From: Tubiluchus corallicola
Taxonomy: Eukaryota; Animalia; Priapulida
Direction: 5' to 3'
NCBI GenBank assembly: GCA_030141605.1
Contig: JAQGDQ010001463.1
Coordinates: 1 to 39,806, forward strand
Length of the DNA: 39,806 nucleotides
Each line of letters opens with the position of its first letter. Within the stretch, counting starts at the first letter, position 1. Of the stretch, positions 25,299 to 36,600 are shown in pieces. Both the position numbers and the translations under genes were made by a program. The notes beneath the pieces are model-generated. The model was not told the DNA's origin. It worked only from the letters and a program-made list of their open reading frames with translations, and searched no databases.

Positions 25299-25649
25299 GC
25301 AGAAAGAGAGGGAGAGAGAGACAGAGAGCAAGAGAGAGAGAGAGAGAGAGAAAGAGAGCGAGAGAGAGACAAAGAGAGAAAGAGCGAGAGAGAGAGGAGA
25401 GACAGAGCAAGAAAGAGAGAGAGAGAGCGAGAGAGAGAGGAGAGAGAAAGCAAGAGAGGAGAGAGAAAGCAAGAGAGAGAGAAAGAGAGAGGAGAGACAG
25501 AGCAAGAGCAAGAGAGAGAGGGAGAGAGAAAGCAAGAGAGAGAGGGAGGGAGAGAGAAAGAGAGAGGATGGAGAAAGCAAGAGAGAGAGAGCGAAGAGGG
25601 AGAGAGAGAGAGAAAGAGAGAGAGTAAGAGAGAGAGGAGAGAGAAAGCA

Positions 25650-25683
<34 letters not shown>

Positions 25684-26170
25684 GAGAGAGAAAGCAAGAG
25701 AGAGAGAGACAGAGAGCAAGGAGCGAGAGAAAGAGGAGAGAAGGAGCGAAAAAGAGGGAGAGAGAAAGCAAGAGAGAGAGGGGGAGAGAGGGCAAGATAG
25801 ATAGATAGAGAGAGAAAAAGAGCAAGAGAGAGAGAGAGAAAAAGAGAGAGAGAGTGTGAGAAAAAGAAGTGAGAGAGGAGAGAGAAAGCAAGAGAGAGAG
25901 AGCAAAAGAGAGGGAGAGAGAGCAAGAGAGAGAGATAGAGAGAGGAGAGAGAAAGCAAGAGAGAGAGCGAGAAGAGTGAGAGAGAGAGGCAGAGAGAGAG
26001 AGAGAGGCAGAGAGAGAAAGAGAGCGGAGAGAGAGGGAGAGAGCGAAAAACGGGAATAATTTTAATTTATTAATTAAAGAGAGAAAAAGAGCGAGAGAAA
26101 AAGCAAGAGAGAGAGAAAGAGAGAGAGAGCAAAAAAGAGGGAGAGAGAAAGAGAGAGAGGCAGAGCGCAA
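25217..26170. repeat. ~950-bp degenerate (GA)n polypurine tract
   Basis: GA microsatellite with recurring aaagcaagagag interruptions. Confidence 0.95.
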
Positions 26171-26329
26171 GGGAGCGATTATTTTATTAATATAAGTTGG
26201 CTAAGGAAAAGCAGTGCAGAAAAGTAACCAAGTAAAAGACAATTTTTGATAAAAACAAAAAAAATCTCAGTAACCCTAACTTTTTTTTGATCATTGTTCA
26301 TTGATCCGCAACTGTGACAGTGCATGAGT

Positions 26330-26738
26330 AGCAGTACCCGCAACGACTACAGCAGCAGGAAGTGCGACAGGAAAAGCAACGACAACTATAGCAACAACGA
26401 CAATATCAAAAACAAGAATAACAGCAGCAGCATAGCAACAGCAGCCGCAGCACCATCATCAGCAACAGAAACATTAGCAGCCACAATGACGACGACAATA
26501 ACTGCAGTTAAAACAACAACAGCACTAGCAACAGCAACAGCAACAACATCGTCAAGAATGACAATGACAAGAAAACACCAGAAGCAACAATGGCAACGAC
26601 AGTACCACAAGCTATAAGAACAGCAGCAGTAGCAACAATAATCACAACTACAACAAAAGCCATGACAATCACAGCAGCTTTCAGAAACAACAACAAACAA
26701 CAACAACAACAACAAACAACAACAACAACTACTACTAG

Positions 26739-26807
<69 letters not shown>

Positions 26808-27350
26808 AGCGACAATCACGGCAACATTGACGACAATAACAACAAAAGTTGCAGCAGCAGCACCAACAGCAACTACAAAAATGGCAACAGCAACATCAAC
26901 ATTATCACCAGAAATGACAACAGTAGCAACAACACCATCATCAATGACAATGACAAGAACAACATCAGTAGCAACAAGAGCAACAACAGTACCACATGCT
27001 ACAAAAACAGCAGTAGTAGCAACAATAATGACAACTACAACAAAAACAACCATGGTCACAGCATCAGCAACAACAACAGCAGCAGCAACAACATCAACAA
27101 CGAAGTAGCCACAGGAGCAGTAACAGCAACAACAATGATAACTGCAACAACAATAAACAAAACTACAATTACAACAACTGTGGCAACAACAGCAACAGCA
27201 ACAATAATAACAAAAGTGGCAGCAGCACCATTAACAACATCAGTAGCAACAACCACGGCAATAGTGTAAACAGCACCACAGTGTGGCACCAACAATGATA
27301 ACTTCAACAACAATAACCAAATTATTGTTATTATAATAACCAAATTATTA
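26330..27350. repeat. CAA/GCA/ACT trinucleotide-rich low-complexity region with a pure (ACT)n core at ~26728-26806
   Basis: Seen directly; contains a diverged internal duplication (~26530-26680 vs ~26920-27065). Confidence 0.9.
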
Positions 27351-28065
27351 TTATAACCAAGCTACAGCTTCGACGACGGCACCATTAGCGGCGATCTATA
27401 CATCAAACGAAAGGTCTCGATCTAGTGTCGTGCCATTGGGGATTTATTTTCGAATCGGGCGCACCGGGACGAACGGGGGGCAAAAAACCATCAAAAATCG
27501 CCATTTTTGGACGTTTTTTGCAAAACTTATACCTCTTATTTCTGAAGAACGGGAATGGGTCAGGGGCGGTGCTGGCCATGGGTAGATAGCCCGTTCAGCG
27601 GCGGGTGTAGTAGGCATATTTAGAATTTGTGAGAGGGCCACGGCGTCCCGCAACGGGAGCTTTCCCGGACCCAACTCGAAACTTTGGCCAAACAGCATGC
27701 GGAAAAAACGTTCTAGCGGCGGCTGGTGGGACTCTTGGACGGAGATATATGGCTCTTTAGAAAGAGGAGGAACAGTGCTACACGATGATGTGGGCTATAT
27801 TTTAAGACACGTCCACCTAAAGCAGTACCGACCAGTTAATTAGATGTTCTATTTTTGGCAATTTTTGCTTAGAAAACTGCTGACGCAAAGCCATTGTTCC
27901 GACGTCATCCATTATACTCTGCCTATAACCTTATAGCTTTAATTCAGTAAAAGCTGCCCCTGCTGGCTTTGTGTTAGGTAAGTAAACGAACACTAGGTAG
28001 AACGTTCGCGTATTTTTGATTATACGTGTATTTTTACGCAAAATTTTTTGCGGGGCCTTTGCTAG
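27345..28065 (+). mobile_element. Putative non-autonomous Helitron (3' end defined, 5' end uncertain)
   Basis: GC-richer block ending in hairpin CGCAAAA-TT-TTTTGCG (28037-28052), followed 9 nt later by CTAG|T (28062-28066), the canonical Helitron terminus. Confidence 0.55.
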
Positions 28066-30111
28066 TTATCTATTATATTTTGTATGTTGAATGTATATGT
28101 ATATTTTTACCTACAAATAGAAGTAAATAAATGACATAATAATAATTAAAAAATCCCCCCCTCTCTCTCTCTCCCTCCTCTCTCTGTCTCTCTCTCCTTC
28201 GCTCTCTCTCTCTCTGTCCATCCATCTCTTATAGGCATTGAATAACAGTGACGCATTTTACACTTCAGACATAAGAGAGCAATGGAGGAAAGTATTAGGA
28301 AGAAATTATGAGTGACGATGATATTGTATATATATATCACTGTTATTTTATTTATTTATGTATTAATTTGCATGGGTTGAGAGGAGGGGTTATAATTATT
28401 GTATATCTTATAATTATTGTATGTTATGTATTCTATGAACCTAGTTCGAAATAAAGAGTTAAATCAAATCAAATCATCCCTCTTTCTTTCTCTCTCTCCC
28501 CTTTTCTATCTGTCTCTCTCTTTCATTCTCCCGCCTTCCCTCTCCCCCATTTCCATTTCCACTCCACAATGCTTCCAAACAAGCAAACAAGTTTAATAAC
28601 ACGAGTATTTTTACATGTATACCCTGTGTACACTTTCTACTGCTAACAGGATACCGCTACATTTTGCACAAAACACAGATTGTGAAGCAGTAGCGCGAAC
28701 TGTTTACATTCATTTGTAAACATTAAACATGGGTACCTCCTCTGCGTTAGAAAATTTATGACTCACGGGCGATTGAGAAAACGCGGATTAGGAGCGGTTG
28801 GGGAAACATCGTGATGTGGGAAGGCGTGCAGCCAAAGCAAACACAATAATTCACTCGTGAATGAACAGTTATTTGTGAATAGTTAACTACAAAACATAGA
28901 AAAGTGTTAAACTGCACAAATGTTCACGTCGATTGTTATTCGATCATAGAATTTGCAAACGACAATGATTAGGACGGCAGCATAACACATGGACAATTAC
29001 TTTTAGAGAAGACAAGAAGTAAACCACAGCTTACGAGAAATCGGTATAAACGTGCAATAGATCTAAGCAATCACGTGATTTCATTCGTACTCGACTAGTT
29101 GTGTTTGTTTGTTTATGGGTGTAATATGGTGAACTAGAATGATAAGTAAACTGATTGCTCTTTGCAGGTACGTTTCGACGAATCGACAGGTAATATCATA
29201 AAAAAAACGTGCTAGTTCTCAAGACAGACGTGCTGATGAATCATCCATCTGATAAGAGAACCAGCATTTCATTAGAAACACTCAGGTTACAAACTTCCAA
29301 CTTTGGTAGGTCTACTCTTCGAGTGCTGCAGTATCTCGCGTTAGCCGTGTAGTCAATTACTCAGTTATACATACTTATATAGATCTTCATTTAGGTGATA
29401 ATTATCTCGTGAACTGGTTCCAGGTTCGGTGATCTAATCCCTTTTTTCTCATACTCTGTTAGCGCTTTCGTTGCTGAAAGGACGCAGCTAAGGGTCCAGC
29501 TGTGAGGTCTGATTTGCTAATTCAAGAAAACAAGTTGAAAGTGTTTCTTATTCTTACGTTACAGCCTCCAGTATAATATCGTACTTACAGATAATGTGAT
29601 AAATCCAGATCAACGTACTTTACATCCTAAAAACAACCGACCGTGGACAATCGCTGTTGGTCATGTGAAGTCAGAACCTGTGCATGGAATTGTTTGGAAT
29701 ACTTAGAACGGTTTGCTAGCTTGTATGTACAATTCTTGAACATTGCACTTTGCACGTGTTTGCATAGTGGCTTTTACGTTTGTTTAGTTAAACTTCATTG
29801 TGCGCTGTTTAGAGACGGTTACTACAGGCACTCCTTCTGTAGTAGTGACCCGTTAATCTAGTCACTCACTAGTTGTTATCCTTCTTTAAAGAGAGTGAAA
29901 ATAAGTACAATTTTATACTTTGTGGATTTCAGCGCTGTTATAAATCATGATGTTGTGAAGCAATCATGTTATAAATCAACCACTTCAAAATGAAATCAAG
30001 TAGAACGCCTACATTATTTTATAGGTTACGTAAACATTCCGCTTTGGTGAGCGCGCGTTGTTCCAGCCGACCAAGGAAAGACAGTTAATAAATGCGCTAG
30101 AATCTGGTAAA

Positions 30112-32264
30112 ATGGCTTCGAAATCAATGCTGTGTCAGAAGGTCCATATGCGAAGTGAAGCCGTGCGTCTTCATGCTGAGGGTATCTCAGACAGCTTGTT
30201 ATCTCAAGTGAGTAAAGTATTGCGTTTACTTGTCTTAATTGTTTTAGTTAGAACGTTTGATAGTAAATTTATTGTGCTTAGTAATTAGATTTCTACCTGC
30301 CCACTGTCCACAATAGACGCAACGGGAATTCAACAATAGCATTTAAATAAGCAAGTAGATTTTCTGCCATGCGTCTCGTAAATTTACATTCGAACATAGA
30401 AAAAGGAACAGTAACGTATTCAATTGACTCTCTAGAAGACATGAACTAAAGTAGACTCAGGCTATACATTTTGACACAATTTTCTGTCACAAGCAGAAAG
30501 ATCTGCATGAAAGTTAAAACAGAAAATTGCAGTGCAGCAAAGCAAACGTATGCAGTCAACCAGTATCCCAAACTTTTTTTGCTGGGAGGATCCACCAAGA
30601 AGACAACGATTTACTCATTATGCTGATTTATTTTTGTAATGCTTTTCGGACATTACTCCACCCTCTGATGCTGACCAGCCACGTGAAACTACATCAACAT
30701 TCTTTAAAAAACAAACTGCCAACCGGAAGGATGATTGCCGTGGGTGAAATACAATGGTACAATAAGAGGTGGTAGAATGCAAAGGATTTCAATAAAAAAT
30801 AGCTAATAACCAAAAGTAATATCAAAAAGGAAGCAAATATTTTTAACTGTCTATAAAGTGTATTACACATTTCAGATTGGATTTACTTCACATCTAGAGC
30901 AGAACGTATATCCAGGACTGAATGAGATAGAATCATTTCCTGTTGTACCTGATGTAAATGCTAATTGGACGGTATGAACACTTACCAGCATATCGTTAAT
31001 CGTATCATTCGTCATTCCAGTGGTAAGGTGAAGATCTGAGTGGTTACTGAGTACTTAGTGACCAAAGTTAAGCAACACCGAGGCAGGTCTGTGAATGGAT
31101 GGATGACTGCAAGGTTCAATAGTCATTCTAAACAGTTTCATCTGTTAATTTTTCCATGGATATTTAACTCACTGAAGGTTCTAGCACACACCTCTGGCCA
31201 AGACACTTCTGCCACTTCACTGTCTCAGCTGACAGTAATATTCTTGATAATGAAATAGGTTTTGGTCCCACCACAATCATGTACATTGAGCAGGCTTTGC
31301 TCTTATGTGCTGAGGCATTCCAAGCTCTCCAACACCATGATGCCAGTGGAAATATTGGAAAATTCTTACATGTGTTTCAATTTTCTTTGACTTTAACAGC
31401 AAGCATTATGCAAAATGCACTAGGGTTTACAATTTTCTGTTGCTCAGAGCTCAAGTAAAATCATGACATCTTCATGAGAGTTGATCACAACTTTTTATCA
31501 GAGCTGAAATAGATTAAGTCCATCACTCCACAATTAGCGCACATTTTAATGAAAGTGAGCGTGGAGCACACAGAACAACAGGAATGCTGCCTCAGTAGCT
31601 GGGGGTAAATCAAAAACTTTATTGGAACATTAGTAAGTGCTTGCGAAATCCTAATGTTTCCTCTCCTGTTTTAGCAAAGCAATATTGGCATAGTTTCCAG
31701 AATTGAGGCAAACTATACGTGATTAAGCTAACATATTATTAATGGCCCTAACTTTGCGCGCAAATAGAGAGCGACGGAACTCCAACAAAACATCACTGGC
31801 CAAAGATCAGAGGTCACTAACAAGCGGTCAGCTGTACTGATTGACCTTTTGTGAACATGTAAACAGTTTGGCTTTCAGAACAGGTACTTTGCCTTATACT
31901 TTATTTTTACACAAGCTGCACTGTTTCGCATTTCATTAAGATGTTCTACTTCTAGGTTTATGATTCACTCCTCCAAATCTATCAAGATCTGCTCAACATC
32001 ACTGAATTTGTCAAAGAATCATCTGGATACAACAAAAAGAGCGAACTTCAAAATTCTTTGCAAGATTTGACGATGCTTGTTCTTGTTTCATCCTACTCCA
32101 TGTCGCCAACTTACTTGGAGGAGCGACAAGCGAATGTGGCTCCATCTAGTCCAGATAATGCCTCGAATAGAGACTACAGAAATTACCAAATGATGAGAAA
32201 CATCATGGACCACATGCTGTTTGTGCAAAAAATCTATGCAAGGGTAAAAAACGAGGAGATATGA
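30112..32264 (+). CDS. Uncharacterised 166-aa all-alpha protein, candidate four-helix-bundle cytokine; exons 30112-30207, 30876-30971, 31956-32264
   Basis: aaaATGG start context; donors gtgagt and gtatga; acceptors tttcag and ttctag; both introns phase 0; continuous open frame; AATAAA downstream (~32396, ~32574). The product call is inferred from the helix/loop pattern only, and the true N-terminus is uncertain. Confidence 0.65.
31061..31110 (+). mobile_element. Degenerate 5S-rRNA-related SINE fragment
   Basis: aagttaagcaacaccgaggcaggtctgtgaatggatggatgact resembles the 5S internal control region (AAGCTAAGCA...GGTTAGTACTTGGATGGGAGAC). It is too short and diverged to be a 5S gene. Confidence 0.45.
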
Positions 32265-33686
32265 TGAACGGGCGAGGACCAGACGATCTTTCAAAGTGCG
32301 AAACCCTTTTACCTCAGAGTTAACAATGATCATCATTATCGTTGGCGCCATCAAAGGACAGCTGCATAAAGGGAAGCCAGCAATCACATAACAAATAATA
32401 AAATAAGTCAATGTGTTCTTACAGCCCCTCTCGAGAATACACGTTTCTGAAGATTTAGAAACTGTGTGCTTCCAAAAATGCTACTGTAAAGAAAGGGCGG
32501 AATTTGAAGGTATTTGATACTTTAAAGGGGAAGAAGCGGTGAAGGTCCGAGGTTTTTAAATTACCCTTTCTTTAATAAACAAAGCCGAAAAAGCGTGAGT
32601 AAAATGGGAAACATATTTATATGCAGAACACCGTACTTGCGTTTTAAATTGCTAAAAAAAGGAGATACAGTAAATTGAAATGCTAACATATATATCTTAC
32701 AATATTTACAAACACAAACAACATTAATAACAGTGCAACAAACAAACAAACAATATTAATTAACATGAGCATAAACATTGATCAAACTAATCTATTAGTA
32801 AACTGTCTAACGGGGGTATTGCATTGTGTGCTCTAAGACGCAGTATCTAGACATTACCAACGACTTAGTCTGACAGACGGCTTTAATAACATACGATATT
32901 CATAATATCTAAAAATAGGTTAGGTACAAGTTTAAGGTCACGTATGCTATGCAAGGTCAAAACTACCTATCAATGCGGCTTCAATGTGTTTAAACTCAGT
33001 TTTACACTTGCAACAGTCCAGCTACTCAATTTAAGTAAAAATTAACTGAGTTCATTTAATTGATAAGATTATCAGCCAGAATATCATACTATTACATTAT
33101 TGCATCATTCGCAAATGTGTACATTTCATTGTAAACATACAATACAATATACAATATATAGAAATACAATATACCATTTTCGTGTAGTTTTACTGTACTG
33201 TTTTGAAAATAGTTAGTATTTATTCCAAGAAAAGTAATATGGTACTTCTTAACTTAGACCGTACTATTTCACCAATCTTACCAAATCTTGGCAAAGCACT
33301 TTTTAAAGTCAAATTTCGATTAAAGATCCAATGAAATTCAAGGATAAAATAATCATAATAAGACAGAAGGAAAACAAAGGAAGTCTTTTTTCGACACAGG
33401 ATGGTTCACAGGTCAAGAAAATTGTCACCGTAATTCAGAAGTTTATAATTAGTCAAATTAAACTTTATGTTTGTATCGCAAAGTGTCAAAGCAAGACCAT
33501 TCTTCAAAAAACGTCAACCGTAATTTATGAGTTATAATCAATAAATAAAGCAGATCTTGTTTTTCACAAATTACATTAGGACAGCACAATTTGCACGAGA
33601 TTGAAAGTTTTGATGCTTTGTAATAGGCATGAATTAACTTCATAAAATATAAAAGTTTTGGCACTAGTAATCAGCAATTATTACAT

Positions 33687-36600
33687 TCACATAAAACAGT
33701 ATACTGGAAATAAGGGTACAGGTTTCACCAATTTGCAATTTCTTGTTCTAGACAAATTATCGCTGTTGAGAAATGAAAGCTTATTTGCTGTTTTCAAGCT
33801 CGGACTGCTGCCGGAAAACAGTAAACCTTCATCACTCAACGTTGAATAATGCCTTGCCTGGCTATCATCTAAACTGATGCCATAATCAGAATTGTTTAAA
33901 ACAGAACTGTGAATAGGAACCGGTTGTCGGTTATCTGAACAGAAATTAAAACTAGGAACCAGCTGTCGGTTATCTGAACAGAAATTAAAACTAGGAACCG
34001 GCTGTCGGTTATGTGAACAGAAATCAAAACTAGGAACCGGCTGTCGGTTATCTGAACAGAAATTAAAGCTAGGAACCGGCTGTCGGTTATCCGAACAGAA
34101 ATCAAAACTAGGAACCGGCTGTCGGTTATCTGAACAGAAATTAAAACTAGGAACCGGCTGTCGGTTATCTGAACAGAAATTAAAACTAGGAACCGGCTGT
34201 CGGTTATCTGAACAGAAATTAAAACTATGAGGGTTTCGATTACCGGAAGCAAAATAAGCTAAATTATCCTCCGACAGGCCAAGCAAATATTTAAAATCAT
34301 TCTTAGTTGAAAGTAAGAGATTTTGACAGCATCCAAGATTCTCTAGATAATGATAGCCAATCTCAAGATTCATAGGCCCTCTCCATATTTCTGCCGGATT
34401 ATACATAGCTCGCAAGCCTGAATAAGAATAAGAAGCGTTGCAAAAGCAGTCAACAGATGACAGCACCATCTGGAAAAAATAGAACAGTTAAGTCAGTATT
34501 TGAATATGTGACGGTGTTCATATTTTCCCACTTCTTGTACCATACTGTTTACACATTTGCGAAACTACTGAAATTTGAAGAAAATTTCATACAGCTAAAT
34601 ATACAACTTTTGTTGATTAAATCATAGGTCATATCATTCTCGCAAGTTACACTGCTCACCTTGCATCCTGCACTAACAGGTAAACGCTCAATTCTGCTGC
34701 CCATGATGCTCGCAGACGGCCTAACTGGTTCAGGTTTTGCAAGATAGTAATTTCCTAAAGGTAAAACAGTTTAGTATCAAAAAATTGAATCGTTACGTGG
34801 AAAAAACTATTCGAATAAATATATTTTTCTAGTCAGCAGTAGGCGCTCTTAGTCAGTTTAGAACAAACAACGGTGAAGTTCAACTTTTCTGTTCACTGTG
34901 CTGAATAACATGTTTTTAATGTGCTAGAAATGCCACTGGGTCATCATACTGTTATTTACTTAGTAATAATAGATACGTTATTTCATTAGCAGGTGTAAAA
35001 ATGAAGTAAATCCACAACATTTTTTATTGTCTTTAATATAAATTATAAAAATGATTGTGCAACGACTCACTGTGATTAGAGAAAAGCTTTAGACACTAAA
35101 TTAACACTGTAAGAGTGCTACATGTACAAAAGCATAAAAACAGAACTATATTAGCACTACTTTCATGACATCTCAAAATAACAAGCTTTAAACTCTCAAT
35201 TAATACCAAATTTCGGTTTAAGTTATAGTAACTTTATAAAAGCACTGATTTCAGCATACCTGCTATGAGAGGAGAATCAGAGGTTCCTGTGTAGTTTTCC
35301 ATTCCCATCACAGATGTCACTCTCATTTGCTTTCGCCACTTTGCTCTCCTATTACTAAACCAGATCTAAAAATAAATGTCTTAACTTTATTGAAATACAC
35401 TCGTGGAATTCAGGCATGCACTTAAAATTTGATATGCAGTCTAACTTTCTAAACCTCCCAACAACTGTAACCCCCCTTCAGTATTCAGCTTGTCCATAAA
35501 AAGAAATGATATTCACTCTGCACAATGCACTCTCTGTTTCTAAAAAAACCACTTGTATACACCGTGCAAGTGGTATATCTCAGAACCAAACTCTCAAAGT
35601 TCAGCATTGCTACCTCTAATTAGTACACAGATAGACAACAGCAATTGATCTAATGTTGTAACCAATATTTGTTTATCTGTTAGCAAACTGACTGTCTCGG
35701 AGACTTAGCTTTATACATTGGCTCAAGAACAAAATTCGTGAAATTGCTTCTAGCTTAGTAACTTGTGAATTTTGGGAACTAATTCTGCCAACTGTACGAG
35801 AAAGCTAGATCATGCTTTCAACAGACAGCTTGCAACAGGATTATAACACCACATGCTAAACTGCTGTAGTAATTTACTGCTAATTATACCATAATACCTG
35901 AACTCTCGTATCGGTAAGATTCAGGTTTTGAGAAAGTGCTTCTCTTATAGCGATGTCCGGATACGGCGTTTGTTTGAATGCTGCTTCTAAACTGCTCAGC
36001 TGTTGCAATGTGAATGATAGTCGTTTTCGTCTATGTTTGTTTTCCAAAAAAAGTTTTTCTCTGTTGCGCAATATGTGATTTACACCTACAGATGGCATAA
36101 ATGAGGTGTCTATTAGCTATGTAGAAAGCGATAAAATGCCGTACAGACACATACTAGAAGTTATAGCACACACGCTTGACTATAGTTACACCCATAACGA
36201 CTCGCAATGCGTCAATTTGATAAAACTTTACAAAACTGAATCAAACGTAACAATTTTGTAACATGACAGTTAAGCTAAGATTTTGAAAAATAGGGCATTT
36301 AAAGTAAAATCATATAGCTGTTCAGAGAAATTTTAAAAGTCAACAGAGCACACAGGTCAAACAAAACTGCACTGATGTGAGGCTAAGCTTCAGACTACAG
36401 CAGAACATGTGTCACTCAGAATTATGCACAAAATCATAAAGAGTGATAATCAAGTATAAAGTTCTGCTTTATAACAGAAGCAGAAAGGAAACCTTGATAA
36501 GTTCCAGTCACTGTCCCAACGAGATTGCCACTTTCTGTAGATGACGCCAGGGTTGTAACACAATCATCACTGTTAACCAGCGACTGATTACTGCTACTAC

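Noticed and set aside
21277-26170. Leu/Ser- and Arg/Glu-rich ORFs at 21277-21790 and 25143-26170
   Set aside because: They are translations of (GA)n tracts.
26324-27343. Mucin-like or poly-Val ORFs as a real gene
   Set aside because: Trinucleotide low complexity with frame breaks, no signal peptide and no convincing exon boundaries.
29139-29190. MISKLIALC as the signal-peptide exon of the cytokine-like gene
   Set aside because: The hydrophobic core is too short. Splicing to 30025 hits a stop and splicing to 30067 gives no credible signal peptide; this is more likely a 5' UTR splice region.
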